From: Prorocentrum cordatum
Lineage: Eukaryota
Assembly (NCBI GenBank): GCA_963575745.1
Contig: CAUYUJ010000276.1
Span: forward strand, 62,001-115,977
Direction of reading: 5' to 3'
Length of the DNA: 53,977 nucleotides
In this document: piece after piece, positions 1 to 12,206 of the stretch
Layout: each line of letters opens with the position of its first letter
Position numbering within the stretch: the stretch's first letter is position 1
The notes under the pieces: generated by a model
What the model was told of the DNA's origin: nothing
The model's database searches: none
The model's input: only the letters and a program-made list of their open reading frames with translations
Program-made: the position numbers and the translations under genes

Positions 1-49
1 GTTGCTGGAGACCGGACATTGTGGTAAAACGACGCGAAGATCGGGACAA

Positions 50-175
50 AATCGGATCGGGATAACTCGAAATCTCTGAGAATCGGCGGGTTTGGAGGAT
101 GTATTGGGCGCCGCGGCCGCTCCAGAGCGTTCCGGAACGCTCTGAGAGCGCTCCGGAACGCTCTGGAGCGATTTA
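50..175. repeat. Dispersed repeat with palindromic core AGAGCGTTCC(C)GGAACGCTCT
   Basis: Matches the reverse complement of ~17912-18025 (GGAGGATG...GGGCGCCGCGGCCG...AGAGCGTTCC...GGAACGCTCT). Confidence 0.7.
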
Positions 176-187
176 TCCAGATCCTAG

Positions 188-400
188 CCCTGTTTTATGT
201 GGAACAATTGGGAGAAGGATTACCTTGCACACGCGCACATCTGGCCGGGCCCCGGCCCGCCCGCGCCGCTCCTAAGGGGCCCGCCTGCCGGCGGACACGC
301 GCGTCTCGCCGCCGTCAGGCGTCTTTCTGGTTCTCATGCCCGGCGGCCCGCAGGACTTTGCGCTGCCGCGGCCGACCATCACCAGTACAAGTCTTCCGAG
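188..400 (+). CDS. Two possible exons (~188-248 and 354-400) of an unidentified spliced gene
   Basis: AG acceptor before 188; frame reads PCFMWNNWEKDYLAHAHIWP-G; GC donor at 249; CAG acceptor 351-353; phase-consistent continuation GLCAAAADHHQYKSSE; GT donor at 401. No family recognised. Confidence 0.3.
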
Positions 401-542
401 GTGCAATAATCGGCCAGCGCTCCAGTGCATATAGGCCCCTTTCTGTTCTTTCTCCTTCTCCTGTTCCCCGTCCCACCCCTTTGCTCGCCCCGGTGTTGTT
501 CCCCGGTCCCCGTTCTCTTCCGCTTTCGTTCGCCCCTTGCCC

Positions 543-608
543 CTCCTCCTCCTCCTCCTCCTCCTCCTCCTCCTCCTCCTCCTCCTCCTCCTCCTCCTCC
601 TCCTCCTC
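543..608. repeat. (CCT)n microsatellite, representative of many (e.g. 17436, 17641, 20577, 21581, 46520, 47178, 50423, 50995, 53022)
   Basis: Pure trinucleotide tracts; they generate the poly-P/S/L/E/G/R artefact ORFs. Confidence 0.95.
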
Positions 609-3248
609 TAACCCCCTATAGTGAGGAATCGCGAATCGTCGAACCCCCGGTCGCCCGTCACGTGAGACGACAGAAATCCCACGAGCCTTCGGCGCGCAGG
701 CGGTTCAGGGCTGAGTTCGTCATGCCCCTTGCTCCTTTCGGGCAGGGGCGCGCCCCGTCGCTGCCCCCCCCCAGGGGCGCGGACCGAGGAATCGTTCGGG
801 TGCCGTGATGTCCGTCTTGGCCCAGGACGGTTCCAAAAGTGTTCTCGGTGCCCCAACGCGGCCTTGAAGACGGTGCAACATTAACCCCAATTGGATCGAG
901 ATTGCTTCTAGCGTGCCAGTTGAAAAACGACCGGGCGGCTCCGAAGCAGCTCAACGTGGCCAAGGGCCCCTCCTGGATGCCTCCGAAGGCCCAACATGTT
1001 TGAATGGTGCAACGTGTTTCAATGCTTTGGGTTGTTTCTCCGTTTCATGTCATTCTTGACCGTGGCCCGACAAAGGATCAGAGCAATGATGCATTCTCTG
1101 TGCACGGGCCTGCACACTGTAGCAATACTTGTTGGTTTTTGCGAGTGTATGTGCATGCTTCCGCGCGTTTGCGTTCGCGCGCGCGCGCATTCGCTCGCAC
1201 CTGCAAAGGCGCTGGCCACTCTGCCCACGAGCCCCCTCTTCGCCCAGGCGCGAGTGCGATGGAACAAATGCGTGCTTTCTTGTATACGTACACAGCGTTA
1301 CGGACCCCGCCGATCCCTGCACCTGCTTGCTCATCGGTCATCGGTGGCACCCACCTGCGCGTGCCCGTTCCGCGCCAGCTTGGCACGCGCCGGCCCGTGC
1401 CTGCCTGTCCGTCCTCTGCCGCCGGAGCGCACCCTGCCGCGGCCTCCCTCCGCGCCTCTGCCCCCGCGGCGTCGCCCAGCTCCGTGTCCGCGCCCGACTG
1501 CGTCCGGAGCCGCTGCCCCACGGCTGTACAGCATCGTCCTGATGTGAGCCTGCCGCTGGGCTGCAGGCGCGCTGCCGCCGCGCTGCCGCCCCCAGCCGCC
1601 GGTCCCGCGGTGGCCCCTCCCTCCGTTCGCTCCGGAGGCGTGGCCGCGCCGCTGTCCCGCGGCCGTCCGCGGCAGTGCCGCCCGCCGCTTTCAGTGCGCG
1701 GGGGGTCGCCTCGACGGGCGCAAGCGGCGGCCTCCTCGCCCGCGCCCCCGCTGAACGCCTCCACGCGGAAAAAAAATTACGGGCGCCGGTGGCACCAAAC
1801 GCGGGCCACGACGGAGGCGCGGCGATCGGCATCCGCCGCTGCGCCGAAGGCGCGGGCGCCGCGCCCCCGAGCGCCTGGGTCGCAGATCCCGACCGACGGC
1901 GACAAAAGCTTGAAAGGCTGGAAGCCCCCCCCCTCCCGATGGAAAGTTCCACCGACGGCCCCCGGCTTTACCCCCACAGCCGCTCAGCCACTTCAGGGGC
2001 ATCGGGCCCGCGAGCGCGACTCGGGTCGGCCTCCGTGCGTTCCCTTTGCGCGGTCTGCCAGGCAGCCCCGCGGGGCTCAGGCAGGGGCGGGCGCTAACCG
2101 CTCCTCCAAGACGTTCCAACTATCGCGCTCGCCGCCCTCCAGACGTCCCAGACGGCCCAACAGGCCTCCAAAACCGCCTCGATGCAGGCTTCGCGCCAGC
2201 ACGTCGGGCCTAATAAGTTCCCCAAATGGCCCAGGAGATGCCCCGAAAGGGAACTCGATGGAACTGCGGACCCCCCCCTAGCGAGGCCCAGCAAGGCTCA
2301 GCAGACCCCCCGAATATTCGCGCCGAGCTGCAACGAACTGGCCAGCGGGCGCAGTGAGTCTGGATGCATTGCCTCGGCAATTTCTGTTCATTCGTTCCGG
2401 TCCGCCTATGAATGGCCTATTGGACGTTGCATTCCAAGTTGCCTGGGCGCGTTCGTCGTTGTGCCTATGGCGCTGCCTCCGTAAGCTGGTCGCAGCGTGT
2501 ATTCTGGAATCCCGTAGCCGTCATATTTGTCCAATGATGAGCGCGCGCTCGAGAACAGCTTCTAGTCGCCGCAGCCTTCCGGCCAGCCAACAACATGCGA
2601 AATAGGTTCGTAAAGCGTATGTTTCTGCATGCGCTTCCTCTGGGGGCCGGCGGGGGCCTGCGCTTGTCTCGCAGCCTCCCCAGCGAATTTGCCGCCGCTT
2701 CGCTTGGATGATCATATCCATCGGCCGCCAGACGCTGGAGTGTTTCCAGCGTTCTCGACAAAACTATTCCGCTGATCCTGGCCATCATCCTGAGCACCAT
2801 CCTGATACCATCACGCACGTTGATCTAACATGATCGTCCAATAATGCCTAGATCACCATGAGACGATCCTGATACCATAATCGACAGATGTCGTCTGCTC
2901 CTAAAAGGCATCGTCACCATCGTCAGGCGTCCCCCCTCCAGCAGCAGCACTGACGGTAACATCAGGAGCAGCAGCGATACCGTTCAGCACCAGGTAGTTC
3001 AGCACCACGCAGCACCACCTAGCAAAGTTAGAACGACGACCGGTACCCCCACCATCATCAACAACATCAGCATCACCGTCAGCAGCGTCGGCGTCCTCAC
3101 ACATGGTCCATATATCTACCTTGGCTCACGTCCGCGGTAGCACCATACTTTCGAGAATTGAGGACCCTGCTGCTTCACGTAGCCGAGCAGGGAGGTTACA
3201 CATGGGCCCAATGTACCACATTGTGGCCATGATGATACTTGAACGGGT

Positions 3249-3563
3249 TCACGACCTGCGTCAAACACTCGAGGTCGTGTCCATTACAGCTGCAAAACGT
3301 GGCGACGTGTGCCTGGGGTGTTCCCTCGCATTCGGGGCTTCCCCAGGACTTGCGTCCTGCCAGCTTGAGCAAAACTTGGCGACATGGCCTGAGGTGTTCC
3401 CACGCATTCGGGGCTTCCTCGAGGACCGTGCGATGATGCAGCTGAGCCCAGCATGGCTCGCAATTACCAGAATAAGATTTGATCAACTTCACGGCCTGCG
3501 TCAAACACTCAAGGCCGTAGTAAGTATAAGATTGTGCAACTTCACGACCTGCGTCAAACACTC
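3249..3563. repeat. Three ~23-bp direct repeats TTCACG(A/G)CCTGCGTCAAACACTC in the putative LINE 3' UTR
   Basis: Copies at ~3249, 3488 and 3541, irregularly spaced. Confidence 0.85.
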
Positions 3564-3594
3564 AAGGCCGTGGGGGATGTGGTAGTGCGATATG

Positions 3595-5264
3595 CTATCG
3601 TCCCGAGCAGATGGCTGCACAGAACTCGAAAAACTTCCTCTTGGCAGACTGCTTGGAACACTTCATACACTCGAGCTCCTGGCCAACACGTGCTTGTCGG
3701 AAAGGAAGTAGGACATGGCATCGGTTACCTGGTGTCTCGGTGCGTCTGTTGTGTTCCACGATCAACTGATTATAATCATCTGGTGTCCGCTTTTGGCCAC
3801 ATTGATGTGGCCCTGACGGCATAACTCCAGGTGTGCAAAGAAGGCGAGGCCACGTACTGAAGCGTCCAATACCCGCTGTGGTGAACTTACACTGGATGCA
3901 GTACAAGTGCGGGTCTTGGTCCCGCCTGGCTCCAGTGAGCGGGCCAAGCACATGATATCCTTGCTGTCGGGCCTCTCGGTTGTGGAGAAGACGTTTCTGT
4001 TCATCAATGAGAGCTCGTCCTTGAAGGCCTTGAAACTCTCGCTCCTCGTCTGGCGTCCAGGTAATCACGTTGCGTAACTTCTGGACAGATACAACATTCC
4101 TAGTGTGGGTGCCTCTCTCCGCGAGCGCTGCCACAGATTGCATAGCCCGTGTAGAGAGATCACTGTCTCGAACAGTCTTGGCGATGTTGTCCTGGAGACA
4201 TGGGACGTTCCAGATCGGTTTCGGAGGCGAGCACCAATCAGGACGAACGTCTAGGCTGCCTTTGCGGTCTGTGGAGGCGAGGGCCAAGGCGTAGATCACC
4301 TTCATCGTGTGCTGGTGGGCCACGAATGCCGCTCGACATTTGAACCCTGGAGCCTTCCGAAGTCCAAGAGGTATCAGAGCACTTATCTCGGCGTGGGTCT
4401 CGCGTGGGGCCAGTTTGCACTTGCAAAGTTGAGCCATTGTCGTTGCTGCAGTGCTGAAATATCTGGCCATGCGCACAATCTTCGCATCACTGGCATTCTC
4501 TTGTGGAGTGACGAGAGGGAGGCCAGTTACAATAGTGAAGTCAATGGCGAGCTCGACCCAGGACACAGACATTGGAGCCCGCACCGCATCGTCGGCTTCC
4601 CACTGCAGTTGTGAAAAATACCATACCACTGCTGGAAATAGGGATTGCTGGTAGTACCAAGCTCGATTAGCAACCGTCTCAGGTAGTATCGGCTTGAACT
4701 TCCACTCGTGCATGTTCGGCTGGATTGGACCCCATTGGTAACCTGGAAAGGCAGCCTTCGGGGACCAGTTCGTCGGGTTCGTGATAGATTGATCCAGGGC
4801 CAGTCACTGCCTCCTGTGGCCTCGCTCTCGATGACGAGCTGGGCCCCCAGGGAGTAGTAGCTGCTTGGTCTGCTTCTGGAGGTACTTTGCGTAGTAGTCG
4901 GCGCCGTCGTAGAGGTGGCAGGGCCGATGGTGCTGGCTGGGGTGGTGGCGAGGAGGCCCGTCGTGGCGGTGGCTGGGGTTGCTCGTCGTCCGAGTCCATG
5001 CCCAGATGCGCCCACGGGTCCTCTTCGTTGTCCTCATCAGGTTGCACATGCGGTTGACCGTCAAGCTCGGCTCGCTCCATAGCTTGGGCCTGCTCGCACC
5101 TGGCATGATGCGAGTCCCTTCCCATCTCTTGCAGCTCCTTGGCTCGGTGCATGAGGATGACCGTCGCAGTGTGCTGGAGGAGATAACATAATTTCTGTTC
5201 TTGTCGATGTTGTTGCCGAATCGCATCTGGTAGGCCGTGGGACCTTGCCGCGCGTACAGCTATG
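3595..5264 (-). pseudogene. LINE ORF2 C-terminal extension with acidic/Pro-rich linker and two His/Cys repeats
   Basis: ORF 4679..5278 frameshifts (~4750) into 3595..4713; WYFSQLQW...VSWVELAIDF, then HN..H..CIQC..C and HN..H..CMKC..C. Confidence 0.7.
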
Positions 5265-5622
5265 TGAATGGTTTCCATCCTTTTTATTCTTTTTTTTTTT
5301 TTTTTCCTTTTGTTAACTACGATTCTTAAGTACTGTATTGATAATTTGTTTTGTTTATTTTTTTTTTTTTTTTTTTTTTTTTTGAGATGGATCTTATTGT
5401 TTCTATCATTCTTATCTTTTTTTTACTGTTCTTGTTATTTTTTTTTTTCATTCTTATTTCTTTTTTTTCGTTCTTATGGTTTTGTTTGATTTTTTCTCTT
5501 TTGTCTTTTTCCTTTGATTTTTTTCTTCTATGCTTTTTTATTATTTTTTTTCTTATGTTTTTTCTCTTAGGTATTTTTTTTACTTATTTTTTTTTTTATT
5601 TTATTTTTATTTTTTTTCTTTT
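5265..5622. other. Degenerate poly(T) tract (poly(A) on the element strand) interrupting the end of RNase H
   Basis: Abrupt switch to T-dominated sequence between coding ...NNQADA and ...IAVRAARSHGLP. Confidence 0.85.
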
Positions 5623-6979
5623 CCTCAGCGTCAGCTTGATTGTTCAGCCCCCACAGGTGTCGTTCATCTTCTGGAATGTCCCGCTCCCGTCGGTGAGCTT
5701 TGACCTTCTGCATCCGAAATAGCTCTCGTCCTTTGGCATTGAGTCCAGTCTCTATGGCCTGCCAGAGGTCGGTATGCTGCTTGGTGTGCAATGCTTCCCC
5801 TCTGAGAAGTGCTGAAAAATTGCGAACACAATAACTGCTGTCAGTCAAGTAGATCTGCTCGCCTCAACTCCATGCTACGAAATGGCGGAGTGCTGCGACC
5901 TCGGCGCGCTGAGCACCTTGGGCCACGCTGCGTAGGGGTACTTCAATGTTGCAAGGATGCCCCCTGCCGTAGTATAGTGAATACCCCGACCTGCGAAGGC
6001 GCAAGTCGGACGCCTGGCCAGGACATGACCCGTCACCTGCTACCACAGTGAAACCATCAATCTTGGTAAGAATGCCATCTTCATTGTCTCCCACTTCGTA
6101 CTCGCCATCAGCGTGATGTGGCGGTGCATGTAGTGGAGGATCATCTGGAAGTAGTTCGCATGCGAAAGCATCGTATTCTGGCTTGTCTGGAAGTTGACCA
6201 CAGCACAAAAGGCACGTCGGTAGCGCAAGAAGGTCCTCTCTCGTGTAGCTGTCCAGGAGTGCTTTTCGTTGTGGTTCCCATCTGGGGCAGTCCAATATGA
6301 TGCGCTCCATGGTCTCGTCGGGGGCAAGGCAGAACGGGCACTTCATGTGGGCTGGGTTCTTAGTGATGTAATGCAGTCTGTGTCCAGTGATGGTGCCACC
6401 TTGTAGATAAGCACGCAAGAAAGGAACCTGCTTGGTAGTCAATTTGGGTACTGGTATGTCCGAAGATCCAAGTAGCAGCGGTGGCTGCTCCTTCGGCTCG
6501 TCGTCTACGTCCTCGTCGTCAGGCTTGGTGATGCGGTCAGCCTTGCGCAGGATGGACGTGGGCACATGGTAGTTTAGGCCAGCAGAGCAGCCCTTCATAT
6601 CTTTACGTTCTTGCAACTGGAGGTCGGTTCGCCACACGAAGCGTCGAAGATCCTCTCTCAGTGTATGCTGCCACCAGCCCATGGGGTGCTTGGTGAGGTA
6701 AACTCTTTGATGATTTGCCCTCTCAAAGTAGTCGAAGGCTGGCCATGTCCATTGTAGATCTTTCAAGACTGAGCGGATTCTGTTGATTGGCCCAGTGTCG
6801 TTATCCTTCACGTTACATGTCACTCGATGCTGCAAAATGCCCCAACACTGCTTCGCACGTCGCAGTAGTCGTGGTGCACTTGGGCTGGAGAAGAGTCGCC
6901 TTGCTATCACCAGCGGTTGGGCAGTGGCGATCTGCACAGGGTCAAGCAGGTGACCTCGAGTAACAAGAGTTAGAGTCAT
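5623..6979 (-). pseudogene. LINE ORF2: zf-RVT-like finger and RNase H domain
   Basis: CPFC-x8-R-x4-C finger, then AGDGSC, SGYSLYYG, QGAQRAEVAA, TDSSY, HTDLW, KVKAH, NNQADA (RNase HI D-E-D-H-D signature). In-frame TGA at 5864-5866. Confidence 0.9.
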
Positions 6980-6991
6980 GGCTGGGGAACG

Positions 6992-8290
6992 TCACGCTCT
7001 CCCTCTTTGCCACATGCTTTTTATCACCGCCGATCTGAAATTAAGATGATTGTGTTTCGGCAGTCGTCGGTATTCCATCCCTGGCGCAAGGCGTGGCAAG
7101 GCTGCTGTGGCCAAGAGACGCTGCTTTCCCTGAAGTCCAAGTGGGGCTGCTCCAGTGCGTTGTGTCACACGATATGCTGAAGTGTACCGTCGGCGTCTCT
7201 CGGCCTGCGGGCACATGCCCAGCGTACATATCTCTCCTCCCACCAGGGTAAAATTACGTACAATCGATGCTTGGTCATGTCCTTGGGCGTGGAGATGGTT
7301 CCGAAGCTCCTTTTCTGCCTTGATCGATGTGGCAAAGTGCTTGGTTTTGTCAACATTGGTTTGAGTACATGAATGCCGATCAAATTCAACTGAAGTAGTC
7401 GTTGCGTTGGCGGTCCGAATGGCATGATTGGGTCCTTCTGCTCTGAAATTCCCATCGTCAATGAAGGAAGTAACTTTGACCTCCGCTTCCTTCTCCAAGG
7501 CGTGGCTCCATATCGACATCAAAGCAAGTGCTTGCTGCAGGGACCAGGAGTCACCTTGGATAAAACCGTTGCTACGCTTAGTCTCAGGGCCTACTGCACG
7601 TGCTACCTTCCACCTCGCTCGGAGGTCCTCATAGAAGATGGTGGACGCGTGCATGACTCCGTCTGGGCAGCCCAGCGCTTTCATCAGCCTGTTGCCGATC
7701 TCGTACTCAAGGAGATCGAAGAATTTTCGGCGGTCCGCTGAACATCCTGAGGTCGGGGTGCCTGTGATGTGGGCGTACTCTATGTCCAGCGCCAGCTCCC
7801 AAGATACAGCTTGGTAGCGGTACCCTTTCCTCGCCCCAATAGCGCCGTCATGAAGCCAAAGTTCGCGCCAGGGGGCCATTTGGGTGAATCTATCGCCTGT
7901 GACGGCGGTGTAGATTGGGCTCAAGTTGGTGATAGGCCTCGTGTCTGAAATAGATGCTGTCCACACATTGTCTGGCTCTATCTCCGCGGCAAGATCGGCC
8001 TCCTGATCTCATTTCGGGAGGCAGCTCGTTATTCCAAGGGTCATCGCACGTGGCCAACGTAACCAGGCATCCTCCACTCCCTTGCAGAGGGCGGCAAAGA
8101 GGTCACACATGCAGGGTGGCAAGAGACGAAGCTCAGCAACTCTCCATCCGTCAGCAGCAGCAGCACGATGTACATTCATTTTGCAGAACTGTTGGTGAAG
8201 TCGATGGCCTGTGATGTCCTCGATCTCGCACGGGTGTTGCTTGGTGTACTTGCCGAAGCGGGCCTCAAACCTGTCCCACGTCTTCAGCTC
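6992..8290 (-). pseudogene. LINE ORF2: reverse transcriptase domain
   Basis: AAAADGW, CLPK*, TRPITNLS, GARKG, DRRKFFDLLE, NGFIQGDSWS, SFIDDGNF (YADD equivalent), NVDKT. In-frame TGA at 8009-8011 and 6992-6994. Confidence 0.95.
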
Positions 8291-9912
8291 GCCCTATTGA
8301 AGATCCTGCTCCAAAGAAGATCTATCTTTTGTAGCATTTCCGTTCTGCGTGTGTGAATCCGAGCAGGGTCTGCATGTCCACGTACTGCATGAATGGTTTG
8401 GTATTGGCGTTGTTTGATCCAAGCATAGACCTCACGGCCGCCAGAATATCGTAGAGATTCTCTCAAGGTCTTGCGCCAGCTGTCAATCCTCGCCAGCTTG
8501 CGCTCCTTGACATGTTTGCTGCGTTTGTTATCCAGGCTTGTGTTCCATTCCCCAATCTGAGCAGAACACGGCAATCCAATGGGTAGACCAGCTGGAGGTA
8601 GATGTAGTTCGCGTTGAAGTGGTCCTCGTATCTTACGCCACAGCGCTTGGGACCGCAAAGTTGCCTGGAAGCTGGGATGTGTAGCTCCACGATGCAGTTG
8701 CAGTGCAAGCTCGGCTAGACGGCTGATGAGGTTCTCCAAGCGTCGTAAAATAGTCGCTGTGGGTCCCTCCTTCAGCTTGTCTCGCCCTGCAGGTGGTGCC
8801 GTACTCTCCCAGGTAGTGAGTTCAGGCTCTTGGCTTCGACCATGATACGCAGCTCCGAAGGTGATACCGGTATGATCAAGCCTCTTCTCCAGATGAAGTT
8901 CTCCAATCTTTCCGACAAGGGCCCAAGCATCTTCGGCCCGTTCGTCTACAAGCGCTTGCTCGAAAGCTTCATAGCGTGCTTCTATGCATTGTCGTCCAAG
9001 GGCGTCGCTCTCCTCGGCACTTGTTTTGATGACGGAATCAACTGGATAGGCTCGTGGGATCCTGATGCTGTCAAACGTGTTCGTCAGCTGCACAACGTTC
9101 AGCACCATCTCGAGCCCCAAGTGACTTTTGATACCCAGGTCGCGACGTAGTCGAAACGTTTTGATCGCATCCCTGGCCGCCGTGTTGACTATGATGAGGT
9201 CTGGGCGACTCACATTCGTACCAGGTGTAGATTTGTCCCATGTAGGGTCCACTCCGTATGTCGGTTCAGCTCCATACATAGCTCCCACGTCGTGCCAGCG
9301 GCCCGTGGCAAGAATAGCAGCCAGCGTTGAGGAGTGCCCCGTAGTGGTGTTCGCGTCCATGCAGATGACCACGGCTTGGTCGCCAAGGCTCTCAGCATCC
9401 TCAAAAGTGCAATGCAGGTTCCGATCATTTCGGGTCCTGATCATGTTGTCGTGGCCAGCCTCGTTGTAGAGATTGACGAAGTGGATGGGACGTGAGCCAA
9501 AGAGCGCTACAACTCGCAGCCAGCGGGTCGTCGCAAACATCTCTTTGGCAGCCCCATACTTTCGCCCGCCTGGAAGCGTGACCAGCGATCGTTTGGCAAT
9601 AGTGGCAACACCGCCTTGCTGTGTACGGTGATATTTATATCCAAGACATTTCTGAGCTCTGAGCGGGTGTCCGAAAGTGGCTTCATATCCGTGAGCCTGG
9701 CAAGCCTTCGAGCACCCCATCTGTTGTTTGTAATCCAATCGCGTCTCTTGCAATAGAAGTAAGTCGGCGTCCATGGTGTCCATGCGGCCCACAAACGAAT
9801 TCCAGGATGTGACATTTGCTGATAAGATTGTGGCCAAAACTGGGATCTCTCCCTCAGCCGCCGCCGTAGGAGGTGGCGGCTGCTTGCCTCGCATGCGTCG
9901 CGAGGCCATCAT
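8284..9912 (-). pseudogene. LINE ORF2: apurinic-like (APE/EEP) endonuclease domain and linker
   Basis: Motifs in order: ILSANVTSW, DLLLLQETRL, GGVA, VNLYN, ICMDANT, PTY, SRPDLIIVN, SHLGL. Frameshift near 8295. Confidence 0.93.
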
Positions 9913-12206
9913 TGTTCCACCTTCATTTCCAAGGACGTCTTGAGCTTCTTTGTGAACTCCTCAAGCTCGGCCTTCCGTTTGCGTTCTTCATCAGTGACCA
10001 GAGTAGCTGTCGATGGCGAGGGTGGTGCAGCGGTAGTAGCTGGGCCAATCATCATGTCCAGACACCGTGCAAGTCCTTGACCTTGAAGGTGCAGCTGTGA
10101 TAATATTGCTGAGTTGTGGCTTCCAACTGCGGCTCCGATAGCTGATGTTAGAAATTCACGAAATTCTGATGATAGCCCTGCACTTGCTTCTGGCTGTTGA
10201 GCTTGCGGTTGTGCTCGAGGTGGCATCTGTACATCTTGAGCCTGTGCCGTCGGATTCGGTCGAGTCAATTGCGCAGCAATGCTCTTTCTGGCTGTCGCAG
10301 GCGGTGTAGACGCACTCGTAGAATATTGCGTGACAAGCTCGGCCCACGTAGGTGCTGTGGTAGGAGCTTCAGTAGTCTTCTCAACTTTTGGATTGATCGT
10401 AGCCTGACATCCTCCAATAGATATATCGCGACTGGCAGGGACTGATTCAGCACGCACACGTACCACTGGGACGCGTCGTTTGCCATTGCCACGTTGTCGT
10501 ACACTCACAAATTCAGATTGCCATCCCAGCTGCGTCTTGAGCTGGTCGCACAAAGATTTACCGTCGATTAAAGCTGGCAAGGGAGAGATCTCATAGATCG
10601 TGGCCGCTGGAGGCGCTCTTTGCTGGAGCGCCTGCCATGCTGCTGCCGCACTTTGCTTTTTGACACGAAGAAAGAGGTTGAGCGACTTGAAGTGATAGCC
10701 AAGCCCACATGCACCTTCCAGGGAGGCTGTCAACTCGATCGCCTCGGTGATAGTTTTGCCACGCTGGAAGGGCACAAACTCCTCATCTTGTTTCTCCTGC
10801 TTGAGTACTGCTCCGTCGCTGACAATGTTGGATCTCTGAAAGAATACTCCATCAGGGCCTGACACTTCACGAAGCTGCGGAACTCGATTTGCTGGTATAC
10901 GAAATAAAGCTGACAATACACGACGACCTGTATCATCCTCATTGAACATCCGCCCACTGTAACATGTGATATCCAAATCAGTGGGGACGAGTTTGGTCTT
11001 CACGATGTTGGCCATATCGGCGCCGAGGACACGCCAGGGTGGCATCTCATTGAACTTTTTGCGTGGGCCTCCACCACCTGCTTAAGCACGCTTGTCGCGG
11101 GCTGCTGTCGCTTGACGATGAAGACGCACTAATTCTTTGAATAACTTTTCCGATGAGTGCTCCTCCAATACCGCCACAGACATTAGAACTTCTGACTGGC
11201 ATTCAATCTTTGTGGGAACGCGTGTAGGTTTGATATCCGTGCCCTGCTCGCCAACGTGCTGCCACACGAATAGCTTGCGTAGTTCACGGCGACCGTCTGG
11301 ATGAACCAACGGTACACTCAGTAGGGAAATACGGTCCGTCAGTCCACGTTGGGCACACTGAAGAACGAGATCTTTGGGTAGACTGTCTGGTGGCTGTGCT
11401 AGAACAAATCCAAATGGGTCACTCGAGGGCGCTTTGTTCCAGAAGTCTTTATCTGCAAGTAACTGCGACATCTCACTCACGGTAACCAGATGGATCCGCT
11501 TCATGCCATCATACTGTTGAGGTAGTCCACGCGTGGTGGGCAGCGACCAGTCCGCATCATCGAGCTTGGTCATCATCTGCCAGCTCGGCGGAGTAGTGGC
11601 TGTGGTAGTTTTCTTATTGTTGAGTTTCTTCTTCTTGGGTTCCTTATCCGCTGCTGGAGGTGTCGAACCAATCGGCCTCTCCTTCAACCACTTGGTGATC
11701 TCTGGAAAGATTTTGTCCGCCTCCATCCGTGAAATTTCTGCCATTCGTTCTTTACTCACGTTCCTGAGGTGATCGTAGGTCTTCTGAGCTTGAGGCATAT
11801 CTTTCATCTCGAGCACCGTCATGACCCGAGATGCCATCATTGCAGGAGTGTTGGCCAACTTCGCCAATCTCTTGCGCAGCGCGACCTTTGCCCCACGGTC
11901 TGGTCCATTGCCATGGAGCGCATGTTGAAGTCGATTCCATGCTTGGTGGGTTATCAACCACCTGTATCCGTACGAATATTCCCGATCACCAGGAAAGACG
12001 AAGCCCCAACAACATCCTTCCTCAAAACTGATACCAATATTCTGAAGAACAATCATGTGAACGTACTTCGCAACGTCGTCGAAAGCGTCGTGCCCCAACT
12101 CCGTTGTCATGACAACCGAGAGCTCGAAGTTGGAGCCCAGAAGGTTGTACGTCTCGGTGGAGCTGTCCCAGGAGCTCATGATCAAGCCCCTCTGGTCATA
12201 CTCCAC
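9909..12206 (-). pseudogene. LINE ORF1 (~765 codons) with one in-frame TAA at 11082-11084
   Basis: ORFs 11082..12206 and 9909..11045 are in the same frame with 12 open codons between them; lies immediately upstream of the endonuclease ORF; charged C-terminus (EERKRKAELEEFTKKLK). Confidence 0.75.

Noticed and set aside
826..964. Further exon of the upstream gene
   Set aside because: The phase-0 frame stops after 13 codons and no homology is recognisable; cannot be supported.
3249..3563. RT-associated repeat array (DGR/retron/CRISPR-like)
   Set aside because: Only three irregularly spaced repeats, and the RT sits in an APE-type LINE with typical non-LTR motifs.
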